Made by a program: the position numbers and the translations under genes. The notes beneath the pieces are model-generated. The model was not told the origin of the DNA and searched no databases. It saw nothing but the letters and a program-made list of their open reading frames with translations. 64,000 nt of DNA from a virus: the IMG/VR virus record IMGVR_UViG_3300028394_000037; one strand, written 5' to 3'. Below, piece after piece: positions 52,601-60,258 of this stretch (within the stretch, counting starts at the first letter, position 1; every line of letters starts with the position of its first letter).

Positions 52601-55600
52601 ATTCCAACATTTCCAATAATTTCAACTAAAATATCTGGATAATTAAATGTATGTGTTCCTGATCCAACTGATGAAAAATCAATATATTGATTTGTTGTGT
52701 AATAAAAATCTTGATTAGTTAGACCAACTCCAATTTGAGATAGTTTAAATTGGTTATCATCAACTTTTGATATGTAATAATTGGTATTATTTTGTAATCC
52801 ACCAATTACAGCATCATCGTTAGTATATGTTACAATTTCTCCAGATTTATAATCGTGATTTTTGATATACACTAATCCAAGTGAAGTATTAATACCACTT
52901 GATCCAGTTGTTCTTTTTTTATTCTCGTACCCACTACCAGAATTTATTACACTAATTGATCCTATAATAGATTTCTTATTATATGATTGTATGGTATGAT
53001 TTCCTATTCCATACGATGACAATGTAATAGTATTTACTCCAACTACTGCATCATCAAATGTATTATGCAGTTTAATTGTATATGGTGTTTGTACATTTAC
53101 ATAGTATGTTGAATCTGTTGATAAACCACCTACAGGAGTTTGTCCATCTGTCTTATAAATTACTTGTTCTGCGTTTCTAAATTTATGATATGTTGTAAAA
53201 CCTATAGTTGATATTGTGGTTCCTATGCCAACTAACTGAGAAGTTAAATTTGAATTAAATACTGACTGATGAGTAACTAATTTCATATTTGGTTCGGCTT
53301 TTGCACCAATTCCATTTCCACCAGTTATTTTGATAATTGGTGTTTGTAGATAATCAAATCCAGGATCAATTATTCTTATTTCTTTTAAATTTCCATTAAT
53401 AGCACAATATCCAGTAGCACCAGTTCCAACAGAATCGTTAATATTGAGAATTGGTGGATTGATTATATCATAATCAAATCCAGATGATACTACATTAATT
53501 TCTTCTAATGCACCATATGAAATATTATCTGTGGATTTATAATTAAGAATCTCAACACCGTTAATTAAAATGCCAATTTTTCCTGGATTAGTTTCATATT
53601 GATATCCATCATTTACTGGTGGTGAGATTTCTCTCAATAAATTTTGTGATGATACTATTTTAGAATTAAATTTTTGAAGTTCTAGTTTATTTGAACTTAC
53701 TGTTTTTGATGTGGTTATTCTTTCAAAATTTGAGTTAAAAATATCAGATCTACTTTTTGCAAATCTAATATTATTGAAATCTTCTCTTTTTACAAAATAT
53801 ACTCCTTCATTAAATAATGAACCGGAAGAAGTTATGGATCCTCTTGGATTATAATATATTGCATCTCCAGTATAAAAACCGTGATCAGTATTTGAAGTAA
53901 TTTTAAAAATATCAGTATATGCTAAACCAACTCCAAATGTTCCAGAAAAAATTATTGATTTATCTGATGGAGTTAATGTGTATGGTGATCCTGTTTGTAT
54001 ATCAATATAATATGGAATAGATGAAGAAGCAATTAATGTTCTATCTTTTATTTTATATACGTTTTGTATATTGGAAATAGCACTAGAAATATTTGATTTT
54101 AAAATATTTCTTTTTATTGTATACGTATCTGTAGTGGATAAAGTACCTTGTCCATTTATTTTAATAATTTTATTGGAAAATACATCAATTACAGTAGCTG
54201 ATTTTTTTACACCAGAACTATTTGTAATTGTAACAATATCACCAAGTCTAAAAATGTGAGAATCCTTAGTTATAATTTTATAGTCAGAATTATTTACTTT
54301 TGAAACTGATTCTACAACATAAGATGGTGATATATTAAATAACCAATTATTAGATACAGCATTTTTTTCATTAACTCCAAGAGTCTTAATTTTTCCAGTA
54401 TTTCCTGGTGCCAGATAATATGTATCATCTTCAATATTTAAATTGCTCAAAACCGAACGAATTTGTATCGTTATGGTTTCGTTTGAATTTTTTGAAGATT
54501 TCCCATAAGCATATGTATTGATACCAATATTTGATTCATCTAATATTGTGTTTGTGATATTTTTACAATCAAAAAATTGATTGATAGATTTTGAATAATA
54601 TGATACTATTCCAATAGTATTGTCAGAATATAATACTTTCAGTTCTCCACTTTGAGGAAATCCTATTGTAGAATCTACATCAAGAACTGTTGATCCTGTA
54701 GATACATTTCCTATCAATTTTGTTTTGGGATGAATTGAGAAATTTCCATATATTGCACCATCAACAATAAGATCTCTATTATACCCAGAATCCAAATTTA
54801 GTTTATAATATGAACCAAGTTCAGATGATATTTTTTCTACACTTGCAATTGGTGCATATGATTTTGTTATATTACCATATTCATCTTGAAATAATGTAGA
54901 ATTTTCAAGATCGTATGGATTGCCAGAAACACTTTCAACAACTAAAGATTTGTATACTTTATATTGAGCATCTGAAGGTCTAAAAAGTTGTTCTTTTGGT
55001 TTAATTATACTTACATTTTCCCCATATAATGCTTTAAATAAAATTTTAAATGACTCGTTTGTTCCTTTAACTGAATAAAAATCCTTTATATGTCTAATAA
55101 AATTTGATTGGTCTAATTTTACATCAAGATCTCTATTTTCAAATCCTGGTGTTAATTGATATTTTAATTTAGATAGAAATTCTTTTAAAAATAAAGAACT
55201 TAGATTTAAAATTTTAGAACCAGCACTATGCTCTGCAGATTCTGATTGTGAAAATACTAGTTCATCTGGTTTGTTTTGTTTTTTATGAGAAGTAATTCCA
55301 CTAAATCCTCTAATACATCCAGTAAATGTATTAGAAGTTTTTCCTATGTATGTAATAATTTCATCATCAATTTGAAGTAATCCATAAGATTCTGGAAATC
55401 CTTCAGTTCCAGTTGATGATTTCACCAAATCAATTGTAATCGTATCATCAATAAATGATATACTTGAAGATAATATTACATAGTCAATCTGATTTGTATT
55501 ATTGTCTAATTTTGAATATTGATCAATATTCTGTATTAAATCAGCAGGTGCTCCCTGAAACTCTTGAGAAATATAATACTGAGATAAAAATTCAGAAACT

Positions 55601-55677
55601 AACGGAAACTCATCTCTAACATATTCAGGAAGTTGATTTTTAACAATATTGTTAAATTGAATTCTTTTTTCTACCAT
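43654..55677 (-). CDS. gp7: Baseplate wedge initiator gp7-like giant protein, 4007 aa
   Basis: NQLPEYVRDEFP, IKDFY..KGT..SFKILFKALYG, QDNHYYQNFSYSLKS...LNHTSG; between gp6 and gp8. Confidence 0.85.
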   Translation of the reverse strand: MVEKRIQFNNIVKNQLPEYVRDEFPLVSEFLSQYYISQEFQGAPADLIQNIDQYSKLDNNTNQIDYVILSSSISFIDDTITIDLVKSSTGTEGFPESYGLLQIDDEIITYIGKTSNTFTGCIRGFSGITSHKKQNKPDELVFSQSESAEHSAGSKILNLSSLFLKEFLSKLKYQLTPGFENRDLDVKLDQSNFIRHIKDFYSVKGTNESFKILFKALYGENVSIIKPKEQLFRPSDAQYKVYKSLVVESVSGNPYDLENSTLFQDEYGNITKSYAPIASVEKISSELGSYYKLNLDSGYNRDLIVDGAIYGNFSIHPKTKLIGNVSTGSTVLDVDSTIGFPQSGELKVLYSDNTIGIVSYYSKSINQFFDCKNITNTILDESNIGINTYAYGKSSKNSNETITIQIRSVLSNLNIEDDTYYLAPGNTGKIKTLGVNEKNAVSNNWLFNISPSYVVESVSKVNNSDYKIITKDSHIFRLGDIVTITNSSGVKKSATVIDVFSNKIIKINGQGTLSTTDTYTIKRNILKSNISSAISNIQNVYKIKDRTLIASSSIPYYIDIQTGSPYTLTPSDKSIIFSGTFGVGLAYTDIFKITSNTDHGFYTGDAIYYNPRGSITSSGSLFNEGVYFVKREDFNNIRFAKSRSDIFNSNFERITTSKTVSSNKLELQKFNSKIVSSQNLLREISPPVNDGYQYETNPGKIGILINGVEILNYKSTDNISYGALEEINVVSSGFDYDIINPPILNINDSVGTGATGYCAINGNLKEIRIIDPGFDYLQTPIIKITGGNGIGAKAEPNMKLVTHQSVFNSNLTSQLVGIGTTISTIGFTTYHKFRNAEQVIYKTDGQTPVGGLSTDSTYYVNVQTPYTIKLHNTFDDAVVGVNTITLSSYGIGNHTIQSYNKKSIIGSISVINSGSGYENKKRTTGSSGINTSLGLVYIKNHDYKSGEIVTYTNDDAVIGGLQNNTNYYISKVDDNQFKLSQIGVGLTNQDFYYTTNQYIDFSSVGSGTHTFNYPDILVEIIGNVGISSVSGETFQSKIQPIFRGTITSFHLTNGGVGYGSSEILNYYREPNFTLDSGSDAILTPVVSIDGKIVDVIINKTGNNYNSSPKLYISGVGNGAVLTPIIQNGQIVSVKIIESGVNYTQETTKIEVISSGTKSVFKSKIQTWKVNLFQKYFKSITDDDGIISEGLNSEYGLEYTHLYAPRKLREILYASDQGGNILYKTADLKKVNGSEILSTDHSPIIGWAYDGNPIYGPYGYLKNQGGIVSQMKSGYKIDLKTNRPPVNDNFPVGFFVEDYTYYNRDDETVLDENNGRYCITPEFPNGTYAYFVTINNISVDSSGPFIGYKQPTFPYIIGNNFRSKPIDFNFDKLSNQKYIDLNKTQWMRNTYPYNLIDENSSYPYLNIPNKLNQTVDIKSASPGAVENVGIVTGGNDYKVDDSITFNNENLQGGYGASAKVSKIYGKPINTISVATSSISNVEIYPTEEKRNLVLFTKNPHNFKDSDIISISGLNTTSSLLEAFYTVGVTTNTLTLISSTGNLSSTGIITYFSVSGNLSYQNIRENDILGIGTEKVQVLSIDERSSRIKVLRGVNGSVGVSHTASSLLFENSKRLNINVGFSTLFDYKTNKEIYLNPIESIGIGTKSGVGIGTTISFSNPGVGITQIFIPTKSIYIPYHNLETGDILTYSVNGGSPLIVSQTGIGTTTLENNSTVYVAKISNSLIGISTVKVGLGSTGTFVGIASTTSSLSTLYFTGLGTGVNHSFKTNYLPITGKISRNLITVSTAQTHGLLNGDTVFVDVNPSISTTFTINYNDYNRRLVVNPNTFLSAGISTITNTITIPNHGYVKGQKIIHTSSSPSIGLQSNKIYYAVIVDENNIKLSNTYFDSISLNPEIVGISSASFGTISAINPPIKVYKDSTVTFDLSDSSLSYNLQGNIYSAFKLDFYKDSNFTEKYTTSEQTNIFEITRYGSVGITNDARVILTVNQYLPEKLYYKLNPIYENQLPSTKQEIVVDNSIHSNNEIQIHQSKYNGEYQVSVASSTSFTYTSGEILEADLYSSSSSKLEYQTNSKNCSGTISNVEITNKGKNYYTLPTLTNITSTDGYGALLEASSKSIGKVNSTKINDIGFDFPCDFTVKPSVQMPQVIKVEPLASFESIKVSSFGRGYTVSPKLIVIDGKTNRIASEVDLKYTLGDNDVKILKNTYGLNNITPKIIPIQNSNGVGISSIQFNSISKDVTVTLSVGFSVANDFPFKVNDKVLIENVSVGIESTGKGFNSENYNYSLFTITAVDANIGGNIGTVTYNLSNYLIGSEVPGTYDSINSAGRIIPEKYFPIFNSILKKNNFLENEKVLTLSASGYVDTWNSTIDQLRIISNQKFVANEIIEGYTSKSQGIISKLDNFDAVFELNSSSDINGGWNSNAGFLNDNLQRIQDNHYYQNFSYSLKSKVDYDTWNDAVSTLNHTSGFKKFSDYQLESSEPNIFDPKNNQALSATIDVITDIVGYADLNCFYNFDLVRENSLEINSSVISNEMIFSNTILIDYFESIGNRVLSIDDISSQFNSNPRPTNYSEVHRFLLTDARAQKNFIYIRDKRYTSQRQLLISTLIHDVGLGHINQYGRVETTYDMGSFDFGIVGSEGVLYFYPTKYEVNDYDVTLISYNLKDVYTSVASTSFGDSVSFATTSIIVSSGTTTNISNIPTTYQSAKILVEIGANNGTGPFQFNEISIIHDGSDVQFIDYGQLSTDSLTENSSSGLGTYNTYISGSDFKLDFIPNSGIGLTAIINTIQVSIANTGFSGVGTFDLKHSRLESRSTSIASTSTPTPIVISDYLDDYDGAYFIVQASDITNNRHQLSEVVVIDDDTETYFNEFANIETSSGIGTIGTARVGGVTQLTFTPLQNVETGIKVFSNILRYEDDDKDVVSFNNSSLETNYQNYYGTNRDIKRSFELKHKNYPIFQRYFDGTDSSIISTSSDTISIPNHFFVTGENLTYSHPGISTSTYGAIGIASTYFVGVGTTSKLPSSVYVVKVNDNKIKLAASASDALNPIPKVLNIVSVGIGETLHSFTSTNQNAKVIIAIDNLIQSPIVASAVTTTLSNRVFTTDDIIYLDNITSLFGSNLLKIGNEIMRIDEVGIGSTNGIRVRRPWLGTVVAGYSTGTLVTKVSGNYNIVDNTLNFIEAPYGNIPYGTTTNPPDERDWEGISIHSKFQGRTFLRSGESNTSNETYYKNYIFDDISSGFNGKEKTFNLKSFGSNISGISSENAIILINDIFQGPESQYNYTLSQTAGITSVTFTGTASSITSDVNTASIPRGGIIVSVGSSSGFGYQPLISAGGTATVSAAGTISSISIGNSGSGYRQGLQTVRVGVGTSSTDILNITIVGTASINNGYITGVSITNPGVGYTFTNTPYVIFDAPLSYSNIPLVYSSSSSGIGTQATIDIVVGQGSSIIDYEIKNTGYGYNENDILTIGIGGTVGIPTTSNSNFEEFKINIQKTFTDKFTGWSIGKLQVLDNFDSLFDGKRKTFTISYSRIPFSIYSAKGSNINVEDTLLIFVNDILQVPGEGYQFPGGSIITFTEPPKSGDTSKIIFYKGSGEIDVVYRDILETVKVGDELTIGYDPYIGQSISLQENERAVTSINSTNVLSTNPYFGPGNVTDATLLRPVTWCKQTEDMIIDETVISKSRILYEPLINPVAYLINSVGIGSTIIFVDNIKPFFNQINENSTNLDYQKNITLISQEPKVSAAATAIVSIAGTISSIVISNGGQGYITNPTVTIAGPIGFGTTATENTAVGVASITAGIVTTITITTPGLGYTTIPIVLIEPPTMKTENNEVKSYEGDFGIITGIKTTSVGVASTGIVFDFVISKNSFLRNSLITGVTTISGIQTGYYFVVYNSNVGNGVTSLNSSGSIVGVGSTFLDNVYQVASVSIAQTSAVGFGITYVAKVTVSVSNYNGLTGIGYSNFYGEFSWGKVSLESRNKELSYNSYNLRGSAGITTGTILKRTKPLGYINYVS

Positions 55678-55678
55678 T

Positions 55679-57604
55679 TTAGGATCTTACTAGGTTTCCG
55701 TTATTGTAACTTGATGATACTATGTAGTTTGATGCTGAAGGGTCAAGTCCAGAAGATATTTCATCTCTAATCATTTCAAATGTACTATTTGCAATATCCA
55801 ATTGTAAATACAAATCTTGCAATCCAATTACATCATTTGATTGTGGTACTGCTGAGATTTCAATAATAGTTTGTCCATCCTTCACTTTACCTGATGTAAT
55901 ATTAATGGGATTCAATGTAATTATACCTTTTACATAATCAATTCTACCAACATTTCTTTTTATGATAGTTGGTGTAGAAGAAGATGTATTTGGAACACTG
56001 AATAAAAATATAGATCCAGTTTTTTGATTAGAATCTGGTATGTCTGAAAGATATACATCTTGAAGAATATCACTAGTCTTAAATGCAGAAGATTTAATAT
56101 TATATCCATTCATACTTTTAATATGAAATTGATTACCAAATCCAATTGAATATTCTGCAAATGAATTTAAAGCAACTCTCAAATCTCTTCTCATTTGAAT
56201 CTTTGTGATATTTGATGTTATTGCTTCGTGACTTTCATCAATTATTTTCAAAAATTTACTATATTTTAATCTTGCCCCATATTTGTTCATCTCAGTTGAT
56301 TCTGAATATTTATTCGTATTATTCACAATAATAGTTGAAACATATTCAGAACTTGGTGCCAAATTTGTATTATAATAAACTTTTGATTCAACTTCAAGAT
56401 ACAGATATTTAAGATCTAAAATTTCAGGAACAATTCCAGCAACTGCATATTTTTTCAAATCTCGTTTAATATTCTCTTTAATTAGATTTGATAAAAAAGC
56501 TCCAATCCTTGGTTTAATACTTATGAAAACTTTACCGTATTGTGGAGGAACTAACTCTTCTCCACCAAATACTGATATTGATTCGGTTTCTGGATATATT
56601 TTTGCTGGAATTAATGTTTCATAATCATTTACAGTAAGTGCTCTATTTTGAGATGCGTATATTCTTGGAGCAAATTTTTTAATTGACTCTACAGATTCAA
56701 TAGATTCTCCACCAGAAGAAATTGATCCAGTAGATAATAAAGATATGCCAGAAGTGATTATATATTCTTGTGAATTGCGATTATAGATCAATCTTCCACT
56801 AAATGAGAAATTTGAGATACCATTTGCACTATCCCCATTTGTACTAATATATGATATCTCAATATAACTTCCTTCAGATAATGCTTTACCAAATACATTA
56901 TCTCCAAAGAATATTTCATATCGTTCATCTTGTATTTCTTGCAAAAAGAAAACTTTAGATTCACCATTTATTTCAAATAGGCTATCTTGATAACTATACT
57001 TATTTGATACATTTGTATTCTGACTAGACTTTACAATTACTGAAATTAAATCTGTATCAATTCCACTATTTTGTAAAACAAATTTTTGATTTGGATTATT
57101 TGAAGTATATGTAAATGAACTTGATAATAAAATACCTTCATAAACTTTTATATTATCAAATGATGCAATATTATTAATTACAGGAACTGTAATATCATCA
57201 AGTATTGAAAATATAAATGATTGATTACCAAACTGATTTGCAGTTGCTGCTACAGGTCCTTTTTTTAATGTTAATGTTGATGGTGAAGGAGTAATGTTTG
57301 TAGTATCAACAAAGAAACTTATAACTGCACTTGCTGCTTTTTTTGAACGAGGAACATAACCAATATTTCTTGCAAGTGCAACAACATTTTCTCTGAGTGT
57401 TGCACTATCAATAAACAATTCATTTGCCACCATATTTGCATTATATGATGTGATATATGTATTGTATGCCAACACATCAAGAATTGATGATAGATTAGAT
57501 CCATCAAAATTATAATCTGTAAAATTTGAGTTTGCTCTCAAATAATCTCTAAGAGTAGTTTTTATCTGGTCAAAATCCAGATTTGTAAAATTTACTAATG
57601 GCAT
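55679..57604 (-). CDS. gp6: Baseplate wedge protein gp6
   Basis: LDFDQIK, DYNFDGSNL..LDVLAYNT, QNRALTVNDY, PPQYGKVFISIKP. Confidence 0.95.
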   Translation of the reverse strand: MPLVNFTNLDFDQIKTTLRDYLRANSNFTDYNFDGSNLSSILDVLAYNTYITSYNANMVANELFIDSATLRENVVALARNIGYVPRSKKAASAVISFFVDTTNITPSPSTLTLKKGPVAATANQFGNQSFIFSILDDITVPVINNIASFDNIKVYEGILLSSSFTYTSNNPNQKFVLQNSGIDTDLISVIVKSSQNTNVSNKYSYQDSLFEINGESKVFFLQEIQDERYEIFFGDNVFGKALSEGSYIEISYISTNGDSANGISNFSFSGRLIYNRNSQEYIITSGISLLSTGSISSGGESIESVESIKKFAPRIYASQNRALTVNDYETLIPAKIYPETESISVFGGEELVPPQYGKVFISIKPRIGAFLSNLIKENIKRDLKKYAVAGIVPEILDLKYLYLEVESKVYYNTNLAPSSEYVSTIIVNNTNKYSESTEMNKYGARLKYSKFLKIIDESHEAITSNITKIQMRRDLRVALNSFAEYSIGFGNQFHIKSMNGYNIKSSAFKTSDILQDVYLSDIPDSNQKTGSIFLFSVPNTSSSTPTIIKRNVGRIDYVKGIITLNPINITSGKVKDGQTIIEISAVPQSNDVIGLQDLYLQLDIANSTFEMIRDEISSGLDPSASNYIVSSSYNNGNLVRS

Positions 57605-58006
57605 TTATCTGGTTGGCAGCAAAACGAACTCTAACTGTTGTGCAGGAACATCTGCACCTATTATCTTATATACAATACTCACATCAAATGAATTGCTATC
57701 ATAATTTGGAACTACATCAACACTAGATAAAGCAACTCGTGGTTCATAATTTTTAATTGAATTTTCAATTTCATTTTGAATTATATTTGCAGATGCACTG
57801 TCATTATTTTCAAAAAGTGATCTACTAATTCTAGATCCAAAATTTGGATTAAAAAACTTCTCGCCAGGTAAGGTAAAAACGATATTGCGAATTGAACGTG
57901 CAATTGCTGTCTCGTTTTTAAGAGCAATTAAGTCATTATTCAATGGATTATATTGAAAAGTCATACTAAGATCTTTAAACCCTTGACTTACCCTTTCTAG
58001 AGGCAT
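57605..58006 (-). CDS. gp25: Baseplate wedge subunit gp25
   Basis: FKDLS, AIARSIRNIV.T.PGEKFF.P.FGS, YEPRV. Confidence 0.94.
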   Translation of the reverse strand: MPLERVSQGFKDLSMTFQYNPLNNDLIALKNETAIARSIRNIVFTLPGEKFFNPNFGSRISRSLFENNDSASANIIQNEIENSIKNYEPRVALSSVDVVPNYDSNSFDVSIVYKIIGADVPAQQLEFVLLPTR

Positions 58007-58033
58007 TTAATTATTATATCTATGGTTATTTAT

Positions 58034-58276
58034 TCAGTTTTTCTTGACTTCATATAGTGGTTCTGTACCATACTCCCAATCATCATAGTCATCATCATTA
58101 CGAATTTTTTCGTGAATCTCATTTTGAATTGCAAAATCGTGTTTTTTGGGAGTTAAATCATCATTGTTGATTTCACGAAGCATTTTTGATGAATTTTTTG
58201 TATAATCAGTGATTAATTTTTCTGTTCCCCACATTTCTCTCATATAATCTTGATTTCTATCTGATTGTTTGCCCAT
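58034..58276 (-). CDS. Hypothetical protein
   Basis: ORF with CAGGAG Shine-Dalgarno; WGTEKLITDY. Confidence 0.7.
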   Translation of the reverse strand: MGKQSDRNQDYMREMWGTEKLITDYTKNSSKMLREINNDDLTPKKHDFAIQNEIHEKIRNDDDYDDWEYGTEPLYEVKKN

Positions 58277-58320
58277 TGTTTTCTCCTGATTTTGTGAAAT
58301 CAGAACTTTTAAAGGGGTTT

Positions 58321-58730
58321 CTATCCCTTTTGAATTAAATCATAATCAGTCTTCGCTAACTTTTTTCTAAATTCCCTTAGTTCTTCTTTTGGTTGAGCTA
58401 GAATTAGATTATAAAGTCCATTATTTGTCTTTATATCTTTTATGTAGGTATTATAAGAAGCACAGTCTTCAAAAAATTTCCAATCACTATACTTTTCGTT
58501 ATAAATTTGCACCCATCTCTGAACCTCCGGAAGGTCAAATGAGTTCTCAATGGCATACACATCACCTGATATCCTTCAACGGGCACGATGGCGCTCGCAG
58601 CGCACTCTACAATCAGATATCTTGCTTTTGCTGCAAATGGACAGATAGAAAAATTACCTAATTCCTTTCTTACCTTTGATACTTCTTTAATCCATCTGCG
58701 AATGTTTCTTTCAACTTCAGATTGCCTCAT
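58321..58730 (-). pseudogene. Frameshifted gene (ICPFA-motif protein) split into two overlapping ORFs
   Basis: 58730 frame reads plausibly to VEGYQV then becomes atypical; the -1 frame continues VYAIENSFDL...AKTDYDLIQKG from 58560. Confidence 0.6.
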
Positions 58731-58810
58731 TTGCTTTTCTTCAAACGGTTTATTTCTAGAGAGAGACGCGGAACGCCGGTAATTTTTTTATTATAAGTTC
58801 TTAAAAATAC

Positions 58811-58845
58811 AAAAAAAAGCATTCAGAAAAACTTCCAAATGCTTT
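58811..58845 (-). terminator. Possible intrinsic terminator
   Basis: AAAGCATT..AATGCTTT stem followed by T-run on minus strand. Confidence 0.45.
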
Positions 58846-58851
58846 GAAGAA

Positions 58852-58920
58852 TTATTTCTTAGGTAATGTACGCTTATCTGGACGGGACTTACCTCCCTTA
58901 TGAATCCATTTAACTCCCAT
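58852..58920 (-). CDS. 22-aa basic micropeptide (MGVKWIHKGGKSRPDKRTLPKK)
   Basis: ATG directly after upstream TAA; followed by terminator-like hairpin. Confidence 0.45.
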   Translation of the reverse strand: MGVKWIHKGGKSRPDKRTLPKK

Positions 58921-58921
58921 T

Positions 58922-59065
58922 TTACTTACCTTGTCCTCTTAATGGTTTACGTGGTTTGTTTCTGCTAGTTGCAGAATACTTTGTATTCTTTCCATTACCC
59001 TGTCGGGTATTCTTTGGATGTGAATCAATACCATCTGATCCACTCAGTGATTTGCGTGTTGCCAT
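58922..59065 (-). CDS. 47-aa very basic protein (MATRKSLSGSDGIDSHPKNTRQGNGKNTKYSATSRNKPRKPLRGQGK)
   Basis: Hand-translated; GGAGG SD upstream; KxTRQG...RGQGK pattern recalled from small phage basic proteins. Confidence 0.75.
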   Translation of the reverse strand: MATRKSLSGSDGIDSHPKNTRQGNGKNTKYSATSRNKPRKPLRGQGK

Positions 59066-59067
59066 AG

Positions 59068-59223
59068 TTAAATTTCCTCCATTTCAAGTTCATTTGGATC
59101 AATATCTTCTCCGGCATAAAATTGTTCGGAGAAGTCTTGAAGAATCTCACTACATTCTTCTGCAGTGAGATTTATATAAATTTTACGACCTTTGTATAAA
59201 AGATTGTAAATTTTTTCTTTCAT
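59068..59223 (-). CDS. Small acidic hypothetical protein
   Basis: MKEKIYNLLYKG...ELEMEEI; TGATG coupling to upstream gene. Confidence 0.7.
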   Translation of the reverse strand: MKEKIYNLLYKGRKIYINLTAEECSEILQDFSEQFYAGEDIDPNELEMEEI

Positions 59224-59993
59224 CAGATTACACGAGTCTTCTCGTGCCCAACCCGAATGCGCGGATCGCACCAGATCTTGAAACCTTTCTCAATTGCATC
59301 TAAACAGAATGATACATCTTCTCCGCACATATCTTGTACGGCACCCGATTCAAAAACCTGCATCTTCGGCGCGAACCAAGGATATTCAAGATTTTCAAAT
59401 ACTCCCTTCTTAATTAGCACCCATCCGAAACCAGTATAATCAACAGTGAATGGCTTCTTACGCTTTGAGATAGATTCCGTATTTTCGTGATTCATTACAC
59501 CACCATTCTTACGGAAGTCATCTTCTTCTAACCAATGAGCGACAGAAGTTGTGTAACCATCCTCTGTGGCATACCACCCGGCAGTGATCTCACGTTCTGT
59601 GCCATCTTCAGAGAGTGAAAGATCACACAATTGCCAGAACTTCTGTGAATCAAAAACAATATCACTATCAATCCAAAGTTGATAATCATACTGAAGTTTT
59701 CCATCCCAGGGAATTTGCTTTGGACCACGTAGTACATTTGCACCAAGACACTTACAACGGGCGAAATTCACCATTGATGAATAGTCTTGAGAAATTTGAA
59801 TGCTCATTCCATTTTGTACTAAGTCAAAACAAAGTTGTACAAATGCCTTGAGAAATGTAAATGAACATCCACGACCGGGTAAGCAAAATACAATGCTCTT
59901 TCCACGCATACGTGCCTTAATCGCATCATAATCCCACTCTTCCTTTTTTGTGGGCTTCGGAGCAGCAGCTTTAACAGTAAATCCTTTTGCCAT
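59223..59993 (-). CDS. GT-A fold glycosyltransferase-like protein
   Basis: LWIDSDIVF (DxD), VDYTGFGWVLIK.GVFE, GEDVSFC, RVGHEK. Confidence 0.8.
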   Translation of the reverse strand: MAKGFTVKAAAPKPTKKEEWDYDAIKARMRGKSIVFCLPGRGCSFTFLKAFVQLCFDLVQNGMSIQISQDYSSMVNFARCKCLGANVLRGPKQIPWDGKLQYDYQLWIDSDIVFDSQKFWQLCDLSLSEDGTEREITAGWYATEDGYTTSVAHWLEEDDFRKNGGVMNHENTESISKRKKPFTVDYTGFGWVLIKKGVFENLEYPWFAPKMQVFESGAVQDMCGEDVSFCLDAIEKGFKIWCDPRIRVGHEKTRVI

Positions 59994-60016
59994 AATTTGA
60001 AATCAATTTCAGTTTA

Positions 60017-60045
60017 ATTTTAGCGTTCTATTTATATTTTGTCAA
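60017..60045 (-). promoter_or_regulatory. Sigma70 promoter with nested late promoter
   Basis: TTGACA-17-TAAAAT; TATAAATA (60029-60036) lies inside the spacer. Confidence 0.7.
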
Positions 60046-60227
60046 TGTGACATCTCTAAATTTTTCATAACGTCCAGTTCCTCATATGAAAGATCACTCT
60101 CAGTTGCTTGGCAGTCTAGTAATTGTGCCAGTAAATTGAGAGTAGACCATTCAATTTTGAACTGCTCCTCTGAAAGAGAGTGTCTGACACATTTATTCTT
60201 TACATATATGTGGTATATTTTGTCCAT
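60042..60227 (-). CDS. Hypothetical protein
   Basis: MDKIYHIYVKNKC...LSYEEL; resembles 59068..59223 at the N-terminus (KIY.(I/L)(Y/L)..K). Confidence 0.65.
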   Translation of the reverse strand: MDKIYHIYVKNKCVRHSLSEEQFKIEWSTLNLLAQLLDCQATESDLSYEELDVMKNLEMSH

Positions 60228-60258
60228 AATTTTTGCGCGATTTTTTTTTTTCGGAAAT

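Noticed and set aside
34645-55677. Stop-codon reassignment or diversity-generating retroelement behind the giant ORFs
   Set aside because: ORFs are fully open in the standard code; no reverse transcriptase or adenine-variable repeat pair seen
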